A stretch of 64,000 nt of DNA from a virus: the IMG/VR virus record IMGVR_UViG_3300037419_000871; one strand, written 5' to 3'. The position numbers were made by a program, and so were the translations under genes. The notes beneath the pieces were generated by a model. It searched no databases and was not told the origin of the DNA. It was given only the letters and a program-made list of their open reading frames with translations. How positions within the stretch are numbered: the stretch's first letter is position 1; the number at the start of each line of letters is the position of its first letter. Below are positions 27,031 to 36,853 of this stretch, piece after piece.

Positions 27031-27468
27031 CTAAACAGCATCAACCCACGTCACCGCACCGTCATTGACGAGCGTGACGTCGACGGTAACCTTCTGGCCG
27101 CGTGTGCCGCCCAACTTGAACGCGCTCAGAATGAACGTGCCGGCATAGTGTCCCAGCGATGCGTTATCGAGTTTGATCTGGAGGTTGTGCGAAGCGGCGC
27201 TCATGAACCAATCGTTCCACTTCTGGAACGACTCCACGGCCATAACACCCGTACCGCTCACGGTCGCCGAGAGTGCGTTAACATCCTTGGCTTCCCACGC
27301 CGGGGCCTCGGGATTGTCGCAGTCAGGCAGCAACGTGGTATTGGTCGATGCAGCAAGATCAAATGACTTGGTCGTCAAGCCGCACGGCTCCGCGAATACT
27401 TCCGGGCTGGCGCCGTCGCCAACCAGGATCAACAGTTTGGTGCCGGGCAAAACAGTCGGCTGTGCCAT
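27031..27468 (-). CDS. major tail tube protein
   Basis: GTKLLILVGDGASPEVF...CGL, GTA-like tube fold. Confidence 0.88.
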   Translation of the reverse strand: MAQPTVLPGTKLLILVGDGASPEVFAEPCGLTTKSFDLAASTNTTLLPDCDNPEAPAWEAKDVNALSATVSGTGVMAVESFQKWNDWFMSAASHNLQIKLDNASLGHYAGTFILSAFKLGGTRGQKVTVDVTLVNDGAVTWVDAV

Positions 27469-27534
27469 AGTACGATGTTCCTTTCATAGAACAGCAAGCC
27501 GCGGTCTGCGGCGTCATAGCGCGTGGTGCGCGGT

Positions 27535-27945
27535 TTAGACTGGGGAAAGAAGCGCCCTGAATGTCAGCGATACCCGGCGCGTAATGCCGTCCGGATCACG
27601 GAGCGGCTGGTATTGCTCTAGTTCGAACACTACGACGTTGAAGCCGGCCACGCTTAGCGCATCTGGCTTGTCGTCTAACTTCGCGACGATGGCCGCCGCG
27701 ATTTCCTTCGCTTCTTTGTAGCCGTTGTAGGTCGACCACACGTCGATGATTGGGAAACACTCGGCGCCGTCGATGCAACCGGCCTTGTCAGGTAGAACTT
27801 GGCAGTCGCCCAGACTTACATAAGGCGTTGCGGCGTTTTGCGGAGCGGCGTCGTAAACGCGGCCACCGACAGCAGTCGGGAGCGCGCCAGACGTAGTTAA
27901 CGCGCCGAAGATGGCCGTCTGGAGCGAAAACGACGGGTCAATCAT
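27535..27945 (-). CDS. tail terminator (DUF3168-like)
   Basis: LQTAIFGAL, RVYD..PQ..TPYV, DPDGITRR. Confidence 0.85.
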   Translation of the reverse strand: MIDPSFSLQTAIFGALTTSGALPTAVGGRVYDAAPQNAATPYVSLGDCQVLPDKAGCIDGAECFPIIDVWSTYNGYKEAKEIAAAIVAKLDDKPDALSVAGFNVVVFELEQYQPLRDPDGITRRVSLTFRALLSPV

Positions 27946-28157
27946 TGGCCTATTAACCGGCTAATAAAGCCATTGCCGTCCGTAGCGTTAATCTCCATTG
28001 GCTCAATGGGATCAACAACTTCACCGGCCCTCGCGGAGACTATTGCGCGGACAGCCGCTTCCGGCACCCGCTGGTATGTCTGGCCACCTAGATATTGCAC
28101 GAAGGCGCGCGAGGTGGCACGGTAGGAGAAATCACGTTCCATTCTGATGGTTTTCAT
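27942..28157 (-). CDS. small hypothetical head-tail region protein
   Basis: 71 aa, coupled to terminator gene. Confidence 0.6.
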   Translation of the reverse strand: MKTIRMERDFSYRATSRAFVQYLGGQTYQRVPEAAVRAIVSARAGEVVDPIEPMEINATDGNGFISRLIGQ

Positions 28158-28367
28158 ATGAAAACGATTTCTCTGGTAATTCTTCTGGCTCTGACCAGCG
28201 CCGCGAACGCGGCTACTGATGATGACATTATGACGTGTGCTGGAATACCGGACAGCAAGGAGCGGCTGTTATGTTTTGATGCAACCGCTCGGATGGTGTT
28301 GTCGCGTCGAATTAGTTCACCCGAAAACTACATCCTTCAGCGTTTTAAAAAGTCCGCCGACAAGTAG
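28158..28367 (+). CDS. small secreted protein inserted antisense in neck module
   Basis: Signal peptide MKTISLVILLALTSAANA; CAGIPDSKERLLCFD. Confidence 0.7.
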   Translation: MKTISLVILLALTSAANAATDDDIMTCAGIPDSKERLLCFDATARMVLSRRISSPENYILQRFKKSADK

Positions 28368-28718
28368 TTAAGGCGTCGCAGTTGACGGGTCTTCGCCATC
28401 TGTTTCAACCGCGAATTCCAGCATGTCGTTTCGCTGATCTGGATTGGCGGCTCCGCGGATGTTGTACGTCACCCCATCCACCACAACGCGATATTTTCCA
28501 TCAATCAACCGCGTTGCCGTACTGCTGCGCACCCTTAGAACTCCCGCCGACGCATCCGCAATACGCCCCTGCTGGATCTTCTCGCGCGCACGCTCGGGCG
28601 ACAGTTGCGACCAGACCGTGACGTATTCCTGCCACGACAGCGTGGAGCCGCCTGCGCCGTCTGAGACGGAAACCTGCGATTCGAAGCGGGCGCGCTTGTT
28701 GAGGGTGCCGGCTTTCAT
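28368..28718 (-). CDS. head closure / head-tail adaptor
   Basis: MKAGTLNKRARF...YNIR. Confidence 0.85.
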   Translation of the reverse strand: MKAGTLNKRARFESQVSVSDGAGGSTLSWQEYVTVWSQLSPERAREKIQQGRIADASAGVLRVRSSTATRLIDGKYRVVVDGVTYNIRGAANPDQRNDMLEFAVETDGEDPSTATP

Positions 28719-28873
28719 TCTACAGTGATCTCGCAACGCGTCCCGGTGAGCCAAGCGCCAACCAGAAACACGCGGCCAGCAAGCCAGAGGCGCGGCTTCC
28801 ACATGCGCGGCAACCTTACGCGCAGCGTAAGCATCTCAATGGCGCGGACTTCAAGGTCGTGCGCGGTCATTGC
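28715..28873 (-). CDS. small hypothetical protein
   Basis: MTAHDLEVRA..., coupled to adaptor. Confidence 0.45.
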   Translation of the reverse strand, partial: AMTAHDLEVRAIEMLTLRVRLPRMWKPRLWLAGRVFLVGAWLTGTRCEITVE

Positions 28874-28874
28874 C

Positions 28875-29285
28875 TTACACCACAACCCCCGGCGCAACAA
28901 TCCGAACGGCGAGCACCGACGTCGACTTGGCAATACCAAGCTGACAGACATTCTCACCAGTCGTGAGATCGGCCGCGGGCTGAATGCCACCCGCAGTTTC
29001 GGACAAATAGTACGCGGTGCCCTTTGTGAGCGTGGCGCCGATCGTTACGTCACCCTCAACCTGCACCGTGACAGGCTGGTTCAACGCGGCGCCATTCAAC
29101 GCAATGCCACCGGCAGTCTTCGCCGCAGTCGTCGCCGAGTCGCTGTCAGCCAACTTCCACTTGTTCACGGTCGTATCGAAATACACAACCTGCCCTGCCG
29201 TAATGGCTTCCCCGGCCGTGCCGCTAGCGCGCTTGCCGGAGCCGTCGCCAACAACACTCGTCGCAGTAATCGTAAGATCGGTCAT
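28875..29285 (-). CDS. putative capsid decoration/cement protein
   Basis: AGEAITAGQVVY, GIALNGA, YYLS..AGGI. Confidence 0.6.
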   Translation of the reverse strand: MTDLTITATSVVGDGSGKRASGTAGEAITAGQVVYFDTTVNKWKLADSDSATTAAKTAGGIALNGAALNQPVTVQVEGDVTIGATLTKGTAYYLSETAGGIQPAADLTTGENVCQLGIAKSTSVLAVRIVAPGVVV

Positions 29286-29302
29286 GGTTCCTCCAATAGC
29301 CG

Positions 29303-29848
29303 CTAGATGCCGCGGCGATAATTGCTCAAAAGACTGTCAAACGCCGTCCAACTCGGGACGGCGCCGTTCTCGCGAACGGCATAAGCGTCTGCAATGAAAA
29401 GCAGGATTGCGTGCTTCACGGCGGGTGGCACTTCTGCATAGCCGACCGTGGCCGTCACAGTTATGCGCGATCCCGTCTGCACCACAGGCCACACCTGTCC
29501 CGGCTTCAACACAATCGCGGTGCTCAACCCATCAGAGTGTAGTTCGTAAACTGTGTCGGGTAACGTCTGCTCTGCGCCCGCTGCATCGATATACGTAATC
29601 GACGCTACAGCGCTGACGGGCGCAATCGGCAGATAAGCAATATCTGCAAAACTATCGCACTTTACCTCGACTGTGCGCGAGACAAGCGGCGTATTGCAAT
29701 ACTTCTCGACGTGATCCGTCGCCGCCGCAATGAGCAGCGCAATGTCTGTGGCATCATCCGCGGCATCGATACGAAGGCGCAGCTTCACTTCGTCTGCCGT
29801 AACCGGCAACGTTGCAGGTGCTTCCGTGACCTTCGCCGGATACCACAT
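29303..29848 (-). CDS. head-tail connector (gp6-like)
   Basis: PVTADEVKLRLRID, VPPAVKHAILLFIADAYAVRE. Confidence 0.88.
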   Translation of the reverse strand: MWYPAKVTEAPATLPVTADEVKLRLRIDAADDATDIALLIAAATDHVEKYCNTPLVSRTVEVKCDSFADIAYLPIAPVSAVASITYIDAAGAEQTLPDTVYELHSDGLSTAIVLKPGQVWPVVQTGSRITVTATVGYAEVPPAVKHAILLFIADAYAVRENGAVPSWTAFDSLLSNYRRGI

Positions 29849-30054
29849 TAGATTTCCTTGCGCGGTCGTCCACGCCTGCGCTGTTCGGTTGCAGGTTCGG
29901 CAACAACCGCCCGCTCAACGCGATGCTCAGCAACTGGCACCGCGTATTCCGCGGCAATCAACCGAACGGCCTCAGCATCCGGGAAATCCCGCTCGTCGCC
30001 CGGCGCCAGCAACATGCCGGGGCCGGACAACTCAACCAGCATACGAACAAGCAT
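29848..30054 (-). CDS. small hypothetical protein (capsid-adjacent, RGRPRK tail)
   Basis: EAVRLIAAEYA, RRGRPRK. Confidence 0.7.
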   Translation of the reverse strand: MLVRMLVELSGPGMLLAPGDERDFPDAEAVRLIAAEYAVPVAEHRVERAVVAEPATEQRRRGRPRKEI

Positions 30055-30260
30055 TAGCCCGCACTGACCGTCAGAACGCCACTATTGCTCCACAACAGAC
30101 CTGCGACGTTAGGATCTGCGGTCGGGATGCCGGTGACAATCGCTTTGCCGGCGGCGTTCACGGTGAAGATCATGTTACCAATAGCGATTACACCTCCGGC
30201 CTCAGCCGTGAGTTTGTCGCCACCGACATCACGATGGACTTTGCCACTATAATCAGACAT
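30054..30260 (-). CDS. small virion-associated hypothetical protein
   Basis: IPTADPNVAGLLWSNSGVLTVSAG. Confidence 0.7.
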   Translation of the reverse strand: MSDYSGKVHRDVGGDKLTAEAGGVIAIGNMIFTVNAAGKAIVTGIPTADPNVAGLLWSNSGVLTVSAG

Positions 30261-30318
30261 TCATTCCTCCAATTAAACCAAGGGAAGTGGCGGGCCGTTG
30301 CCAGCCCGCCGTGTCCGA

Positions 30319-31605
30319 TTACGGCTGCAACAGATGCTTGACGGCGGCAGTGTCACCAAGCTCGCCATCAAGGTAGATCAGGCCAGCGATGCCCAGATCC
30401 GGCCAATAGGTCTCACGCTTGACACCAATCATCGGCGAACCAACCTTGCGAACGAAATACTTGCCGAAGTCGCCGAACAGGATGGACTTCTTGCCGGTAG
30501 CAACGCCGTCCATCGCCTGGTTCACGCTATAGCGGTAACCAAGGATCGAACCCGGTACGCCGTTCTGCACATCACCGTTCGTCCAGATGTAGCGGCCGTC
30601 GCCGTCCTTCAGCTTGCGGAGAGCCGCCAGCGTCAGGTCATTGAACATGAACCGCACCTTCGGAGACTGGCGATAGGCCGGGTCGACCGAGTGAACAAGG
30701 TCAATCAGTTCGTCGTAGGTCACGGCAGCAGCCGCAGCGGCGTCCTTGCCCTTGACCGACGCGGTAACGATACCGTTCGGGTCACCAGTACCGTCGCCCG
30801 TGGTAAGCTGCTTGTTGGCAATGCGCCCAAGACGCTCGCCGAGCAACTGACCGAGCAGCGATTCCATGTTGAAGATAGAGTCGCGAGCCAGCTCCAGCGA
30901 GAACTTCACCCATTCGGTGTCGTAGCCGTAAGCCTCAAGCGACTTCTGGCCGAAGGTGACGTCGCTGCCACCATCGTCAGTCATCGCGGTGCCTTCCGCG
31001 TGCTGAACCGCGGTAACTGCGGTATCGTCAACGGTCGGGATCTTGATCGTCACGCCAGTCGAGGTGGAGATGACGGTACAGATATCCTCGTCATACATCG
31101 GACCCCAAGCCTTCATCGACTTGATGATCTGATTGGACAACTCCACCGGAACGGTGTAGCCGCCCGCAGTCGTCGATGTGCCCTGCGTGGAGACCTGCGT
31201 GCGCTGTTCGTTGGCGAGTTTCACGCCCTCCTTCAGAACCGCGCGCTCTTCCTGCGACAGTTCGTCAAGCGACGCACCGCGCGACAGATACTTGTAGAAC
31301 ACCTCGCGGTATTCCGGCTTCGCCTCTTCGGCCTGGCCGCGCTGTTCGTCGCCATCCTTGGCAACCGGGCGCTTGCCCTTGCGCTCTTCGGCGGCGCGCT
31401 CTTCAATCGCGGCCTGCGCAGCGGCAAGACGCTCTTCGCGCTCGATCTGCACGCCGATCTTGTCAAACTCGGCCATGATGTCGTCATGGCGCTTTTCCAA
31501 CTCAGCCGAACGGGCTTCGTCGGTGTTCTTGCCAACCTCGTCGAGGGCGGCGCGCGCGTCAACAATCAGCTTCTCGCGCTTTTCCTGAAGTTCCTTGATA
31601 GTCAT
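30319..31605 (-). CDS. major capsid protein, HK97 fold
   Basis: N-terminal coiled-coil delta domain, GGYTVP, GDFGKY, DGELGD. Confidence 0.95.
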   Translation of the reverse strand: MTIKELQEKREKLIVDARAALDEVGKNTDEARSAELEKRHDDIMAEFDKIGVQIEREERLAAAQAAIEERAAEERKGKRPVAKDGDEQRGQAEEAKPEYREVFYKYLSRGASLDELSQEERAVLKEGVKLANEQRTQVSTQGTSTTAGGYTVPVELSNQIIKSMKAWGPMYDEDICTVISTSTGVTIKIPTVDDTAVTAVQHAEGTAMTDDGGSDVTFGQKSLEAYGYDTEWVKFSLELARDSIFNMESLLGQLLGERLGRIANKQLTTGDGTGDPNGIVTASVKGKDAAAAAAVTYDELIDLVHSVDPAYRQSPKVRFMFNDLTLAALRKLKDGDGRYIWTNGDVQNGVPGSILGYRYSVNQAMDGVATGKKSILFGDFGKYFVRKVGSPMIGVKRETYWPDLGIAGLIYLDGELGDTAAVKHLLQP

Positions 31606-31680
31606 AGTTTAGGGCTCCTAAAGTAAGGCCACGCAGGCCATGGGGATTAACTGGCAGGACGTTTCGCGTCCGCCCTCCGG

Positions 31681-32346
31681 CTACTCGCCGGGTGACACGG
31701 GCGCGTCCTGCCGGATGCCCCGAAACTGCTGTTCCATTCTTGCTCGCTTTTCAGCGATGCGTCGCTTGGCTGCCGCCGCATCAGCGGCGCGCTGTTCTGC
31801 GGTCTTCTCGCCGGCTTCACGCTCCTTGCGGGCGCTATCCAGATCGCGCAACGCAATCGACGTACCTTCGTAGGCGGGCTCCGAAACGATCGAGACTTCG
31901 CGGAGGATCACTTCGTCGATCGTGCGCGACGGGATATCGCCCGTGTCATCCCAGGTTTGTTTAGTGACGATGAAGCCGAAAGACATGCCGGTGACATCGC
32001 CGCGCTCAATCAACGTCTGCACGTCGCGACCGTCAGACGTATCCGGCAAGTCGATCTCGACCGCCAGGCCCCTTTCGTCTTCATGAATACGCAAAGTGCC
32101 GGCGCTCTTGCGCCCAAGCACGCGCCCGCTGTTGTGATCGAAGTACGCCCGGACATCCGCGGTCTTCAGCGTTTCGGTAAAGGCTCCCGGTGCAATCGTC
32201 TCTCGGAAGTAATCGCCGATCTCGGTCATGTCATTGAAGACAGCCGCATAACCCGCAACGGTCGTTTTGCCATCGGCGGCACGGCGCTCAATGGGCGCCG
32301 TAAACGACCGAACCTCTTGTCCATTAAGGTCGGGCTTCTTGCTCAT
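31681..32346 (-). CDS. HK97 prohead protease
   Basis: GYAAVFN, FDHN, GMSFGF, EVSIVSEPAY. Confidence 0.95.
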   Translation of the reverse strand: MSKKPDLNGQEVRSFTAPIERRAADGKTTVAGYAAVFNDMTEIGDYFRETIAPGAFTETLKTADVRAYFDHNSGRVLGRKSAGTLRIHEDERGLAVEIDLPDTSDGRDVQTLIERGDVTGMSFGFIVTKQTWDDTGDIPSRTIDEVILREVSIVSEPAYEGTSIALRDLDSARKEREAGEKTAEQRAADAAAAKRRIAEKRARMEQQFRGIRQDAPVSPGE

Positions 32347-33650
32347 GCTGCTTTCGGTTCCTCAGTGTCTGGCGTGTCCCCATGCGCCGAATTGTCATTT
32401 GCCGGTTCACCGGACTCCGCGGGCTTGGCAACAGTCTGCACCGGCTGCGAGCCTAGCGGGACGGTGCCGCCCTGCATGAACAAGTCGTCAGCGTGCTCGT
32501 TCTCGTGGTCGGGACGATTTTCTAACGCCCGCCCCTCGTTCGGAGTCAGCAAGCCGGCCTGAATGCCGCGCGTGATGCCGTCGATACGCGACTTGAAGTC
32601 GCCGCGAAGCAGGCCATCGAGGTTATGTTCAATATACCGCCCCTTGGTGCCACGGCCGAACAACTTCAGATTCAACTCACCTTCAAACGCTTCGGCCCAC
32701 TGGCCGATCAGGTGCTTAACGAGATGCAAGTCCTGCTGCTCAGCGTTGCTGAACGTCGCGCGCGACAGATCCTGCAAAAACACGGGCGGCAACTGGAACG
32801 CGCGCGCGATTTCCTCAACCTGGAAACGCCGCGCCTCAACCATCTGGCCCTTGTCGGGCTCAAGGCCCACAGGCTTCAACTCGTAGCCGCCAGGAATCGG
32901 CGTGATAGGCTTGCCGCTCGCCTTGGCAGTATCGATCGCTCGGTTAATGTCCGCCAACATGCGGTTCATCTGCTCGGCACCGGCCGGGAGCGGTCCTGTC
33001 AACGCCAACGGAGGAACGCCACCGCCTGCAAAGAAGTTACTGGCGTAGTCGTTCATCGCCAAGGCAAGCTGAATCGCCTTCGATGCGTTGGCAATTGGCC
33101 CATAATGCCCAACGCCATCGGCGCGCAGCATGTATGGGATATCGATGACGTCCGCGGCATCGTAATCTCGGCCGTCAAACTTATAGACGAGTTTCAGCCC
33201 CTCTCGGCGAACCGTCGTCTTGCCGGGATCCATCGGCCAAATGGCTTCAACACCCTGCGGCGCACGCTCAATCCACGCAAAACCGCGCCCGCCCGTAAAC
33301 ACCTGTTGCCAGAAATACTGACGAAACTTGAACGAATCCATCTCGTCATTCGGCGCATCGTGAATGACGGACTCAAGTTTGCCACTAACCTTCTTCGGGC
33401 CATCCTTCGTCTCGCGGTACGCATGCAACGGCAGAGCAGCCATCGTGCGAGACAGAAAAGCAACCGCAGCAGCAACAGCAGGAACACCAAGCGCACTGTC
33501 AATCGTGATGTGCGCGAGGTTCTTTGCATCGATGCCAAAAAATGCGAGAAAATCGTGAGAACTGACGGGAATCGTGCCGTTTGTAGGCAGATTTCGCACT
33601 TCCGCTTGAGTTTTCGTGGCAGTTTCAGCCCTGTCAAACGGCCACATCAA
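32343..33650 (-). CDS. HK97-family portal protein
   Basis: IARAFQLPP, NAEQQ, LTPNEGRALEN. Confidence 0.95.
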   Translation of the reverse strand: MMWPFDRAETATKTQAEVRNLPTNGTIPVSSHDFLAFFGIDAKNLAHITIDSALGVPAVAAAVAFLSRTMAALPLHAYRETKDGPKKVSGKLESVIHDAPNDEMDSFKFRQYFWQQVFTGGRGFAWIERAPQGVEAIWPMDPGKTTVRREGLKLVYKFDGRDYDAADVIDIPYMLRADGVGHYGPIANASKAIQLALAMNDYASNFFAGGGVPPLALTGPLPAGAEQMNRMLADINRAIDTAKASGKPITPIPGGYELKPVGLEPDKGQMVEARRFQVEEIARAFQLPPVFLQDLSRATFSNAEQQDLHLVKHLIGQWAEAFEGELNLKLFGRGTKGRYIEHNLDGLLRGDFKSRIDGITRGIQAGLLTPNEGRALENRPDHENEHADDLFMQGGTVPLGSQPVQTVAKPAESGEPANDNSAHGDTPDTEEPKAA

Positions 33651-35209
33651 TAAGCTCCGACATTAGAAAGGCTGAAATTTGGGTCGTTCCAGGGGGATGA
33701 GACGGGTGCCACTTCGACGTATTCGGACGCGGCGCCCATCGCCATAGCAAGAGAAACCATTCCATCAATCCGACCGCGGCTTTGAGCCTTTGTCAGTTTG
33801 CGGTTGCCAGCGTCGTCCTGCTTGGCGATTGCATTGGCGGCGCACATATTTAGCACAGGATGGCCACCGTGCCGCAACTTTCCGTTCAGCAGGGCCGATT
33901 CAAGTGATCGAAGTGCGGGAGACATGGAGACAAATCCCTGCCCGAATTCTAGAAACCGCTCTTCAATTTCCTCTTCCGTAAATCCAGCGCGCAACAGGCA
34001 TGGCTTAAAGTGCTTCCAGTTATACCGATCGAAAGCAATCTTTTGGATATTGTATGTGTCAAACACATCCCGGATGTGACGCGCTACAAAATCATACTCA
34101 ATACTCTTAGCACCTGGAACGACGTCCAAATATCGATCAGCCCATTGATCGTAAGGAACGCGATCTGCGCGCGCACGCTCATGAATGCCATGTCCGGGTA
34201 ACCAGAATGTTGGGTAAACGTCCCACGCACCAGCAGTAACGTCGGGCGCTATCAGCACAAGTGCGGTAAGGTCATTCGTCTCAGATAGATCGAGACCGCC
34301 GTACACCGGCCTACCGGTTAGGTCGGGATTTGGTTTAGCAGAGCACGCTTCCCAGACGCTGCGCGTAATAAACGGACTGCTAACCTCAACCCTCTGGTTG
34401 AGCACAAGGTTACGATATGCCGCCTCGCGCGAAGGGAGGCGCTTGGCCTCCTCCATCATCTGCAGGGTTTCTTCCGGATTCTGGAAGTCACCGAACGCCG
34501 GATTGGCTACCCTGATCGTCGCTTCACAGAACGGATCAGCATCGATCGGGGCGGTGAACAGAAACACCCGGATTTTAGGATCCTTCGACTTAACCGCGTC
34601 GTCAATCAGCATCGACAATAGGTCAGCGTCGGTTGCCGCCTGCGTCGAGATCACGATGGAGAGCGGCTTGTCCTGCGCACCAGTCGCCGTCTCAAGCGCC
34701 TCATATAACTCGGAGCGTGGCCCCTTAACCTGGCCAAGTTCATCATGAACGATAAACACGGGCGACAGGCCGTAAGCGGTACTGGCGTCTGCGGAGAGCG
34801 CGCGGTAACGCGTACCGAGTTCGCCGCAGACCAGCTCCTTGCTACTATCTTTTGGGATAACGTATTCGCGCAATGAGTTTGAAATACGCGCGCACTTTGC
34901 AGCAAGATTGAAGATCACCGCGGCCTGTTCTCGCGACTGCGCCGAGCTATACAACTGACTGTTGGGCTTGGCCTCCGGCCCACAAAGATGCAGCAAAAGA
35001 AGGAACGCGCTCAACGCGGTTTTGGCGTTCTTCCGACCGACCGAAATAATCGCGCGCCGTGTGTCGGCCGGGTTATCGTAAATACCGAGCACGATTTCGC
35101 GCTGCCACTTACGCAACCTAACCGGCTTGCCAAGATGCGCGCCTTCGGGGATATAGCAGTGGGTTTCGATCCACTTGCAATTGCGCTCACCGCGCGTCAA
35201 CTTTCCCAT
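33647..35209 (-). CDS. terL: terminase large subunit
   Basis: GRKNAKT Walker A, VHDELG Walker B, GLDLSE, RIDGMVSL. Confidence 0.95.
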   Translation of the reverse strand: MGKLTRGERNCKWIETHCYIPEGAHLGKPVRLRKWQREIVLGIYDNPADTRRAIISVGRKNAKTALSAFLLLLHLCGPEAKPNSQLYSSAQSREQAAVIFNLAAKCARISNSLREYVIPKDSSKELVCGELGTRYRALSADASTAYGLSPVFIVHDELGQVKGPRSELYEALETATGAQDKPLSIVISTQAATDADLLSMLIDDAVKSKDPKIRVFLFTAPIDADPFCEATIRVANPAFGDFQNPEETLQMMEEAKRLPSREAAYRNLVLNQRVEVSSPFITRSVWEACSAKPNPDLTGRPVYGGLDLSETNDLTALVLIAPDVTAGAWDVYPTFWLPGHGIHERARADRVPYDQWADRYLDVVPGAKSIEYDFVARHIRDVFDTYNIQKIAFDRYNWKHFKPCLLRAGFTEEEIEERFLEFGQGFVSMSPALRSLESALLNGKLRHGGHPVLNMCAANAIAKQDDAGNRKLTKAQSRGRIDGMVSLAMAMGAASEYVEVAPVSSPWNDPNFSLSNVGAY

Positions 35210-35628
35210 GGCTTCTTTGCGTTGGCGCCAGACTTTTTGGAAGCCGTGTTGGCGTTCAGAGCGTTATAGCGGGACTGTTGCGTCAACCGCATCCTGGTGG
35301 CGAGCGACGACATGGCCCGGCCTTCACGCTCAAACATCTTTGTCAGTTTGTCGAAGCGTTCGGCGCCCGCTTCCGTGTTGATGTCAGCGAGGGGAAATGT
35401 GTCTAAGACTACCGAAAGTTTCAAAGCATTCTCGGCATGGCGCACATACTGAATCAGGAGGCCGTGCGTCTCACGGCTAAACCAGTCTGCTGGCAGGCGA
35501 CCAACGATCGCGCGCCACTCATCAGATTGAAAGTCCGTGAGACCAGTGGGCGGCGGAGGTCGCTGCCCCGGCAATTGCGCGGATTTAACTTCCTTACTCG
35601 CCGCAGATTTACGTCCGCGGGGTGCCAT
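35197..35628 (-). CDS. terS: terminase small subunit (P27-like)
   Basis: MAPRGRK, RMRLTQQSR; upstream of terL. Confidence 0.85.
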   Translation of the reverse strand: MAPRGRKSAASKEVKSAQLPGQRPPPPTGLTDFQSDEWRAIVGRLPADWFSRETHGLLIQYVRHAENALKLSVVLDTFPLADINTEAGAERFDKLTKMFEREGRAMSSLATRMRLTQQSRYNALNANTASKKSGANAKKPWES

Positions 35629-35676
35629 AACGATTGATCCTAAATGCCTTTTTTCTTATGGTTTTTCGTTGCTCTT

Positions 35677-35697
35677 GGGGGCCGACGCTAGCTAGCG
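35677..35697. other. candidate cos site
   Basis: GC-rich GGGGGCCGACGC plus palindrome CGCTAGCTAGCG about 50 bp upstream of terS; position typical of cos in HK97-like phages. Confidence 0.35.
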
Positions 35698-35828
35698 CGA
35701 AAGTTCGGAGAGAACTGACCCAGCCCTCCCATCTTCTTGCTTTTTCTTGTCTTTTTCATCTTTACTCGGAAGCACAGTCCGAATAGCAGCGAACGCTGCC
35801 TTGCGAATGCGCTGGCAGGTACAACAGG

Positions 35829-36452
35829 TCATGAAGCCCATAATCTCCCATGGACGATCTCGCATACTGTGCCAGCAGATAGACCGTACTTGAGGCACAT
35901 CGAACGCTGTGTAGAGCCCGCTGCAACCATCGCTCTGATGTCTTCTGCGTCACTCATATTAATCTTAGTCGACCTAGTGTTCCGAGACTGAACTGATGAT
36001 GATGCCCAACGGCAGTTGTCCGGCTCGTAGTCACCATTTGGGTCTGTGCGATCGAGCGTCGTCCCATCAGGACGCTCACCCATATCACTCAAGAAGACAC
36101 TAAAATCTCTCCACTCATGGCAGACAGATATCCCGCGGCCACCATACGTATCCCAATTTGAAGATACTGGGTTGGTGGTTCTGCGTATCATCGCTTCCCA
36201 GGATCGATAGGTCGGAGTCCTTGAGTACGGAGAGGCGTGGCCGTGTCGCTTACTTCTGGCTGACGTAGCCTCACGAGCTAAACAGCCGCAACTTTGCGTG
36301 TGGCCATACTTTAAGGATTGGGTAGAAACGTCCTTCAGTGCTCCACATTCACATCGGCACAGCCATCTAATTCCGCTCTTGCCGTTCGGTGCACGAGATA
36401 AAACGGTCAAACGACCAAACTTAAGCCCGACTAAATCAGAAACGTTCCCCAC
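35829..36452 (-). CDS. HNH-type homing endonuclease with C-terminal HTH
   Basis: FGRLTV, WLCRCECG, TQSCGC, YGGRGI.VC.EW, TTLDR.DPNGDYEPDNCRWA. Confidence 0.88.
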   Translation of the reverse strand: MGNVSDLVGLKFGRLTVLSRAPNGKSGIRWLCRCECGALKDVSTQSLKYGHTQSCGCLAREATSARSKRHGHASPYSRTPTYRSWEAMIRRTTNPVSSNWDTYGGRGISVCHEWRDFSVFLSDMGERPDGTTLDRTDPNGDYEPDNCRWASSSVQSRNTRSTKINMSDAEDIRAMVAAGSTQRSMCLKYGLSAGTVCEIVHGRLWAS

Positions 36453-36547
36453 AGGCCTCGACTCCCGTGTTGTTTGACCTCGACTATGAGCGAGTGGACC
36501 GAGGCCCACTCGCTCAAAAGCAGCGCAAGAGGTCGAGAATTGCGCCG

Positions 36548-36850
36548 CTAGGAATCAATCGGCCAACCCGTGACGTCAAAAGTAACCACTTCCTGCCCTG
36601 ACTCCATCCGGCGCTTCACACTGTCATGACAATGTTTGCAAAGGGACTGCAGGTTCTCGGGGTCAAAGAATAAATCCACGCTGCCCTTATGCGGGACGAC
36701 GTGGTCGACGATATCCGCAATAACGACATCTTCACGCTGTTTACAGAACTGGCACAACGGCTCCATCGCCAATTGCCATTCGCGCAACCCGTCCCATCGC
36801 GCGGTGTTGTAGAGGTGCTGCCACGGCCGCTTGGTGCGATTTACTGCCAC
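36548..36850 (-). CDS. packaging-associated HNH endonuclease (HK97 gp74-like)
   Basis: PLCQFC, VDHVVPHKG, NLQSLCKHCHD. Confidence 0.9.
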   Translation of the reverse strand: MAVNRTKRPWQHLYNTARWDGLREWQLAMEPLCQFCKQREDVVIADIVDHVVPHKGSVDLFFDPENLQSLCKHCHDSVKRRMESGQEVVTFDVTGWPIDS

Positions 36851-36853
36851 AAC

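Noticed and set aside
30298-33653. Long plus-strand ORFs 30298-31626, 31957-32562 and 32625-33653
   Set aside because: Antisense shadows of capsid, protease and portal, expected from GC-rich codon bias; no motifs or RBS
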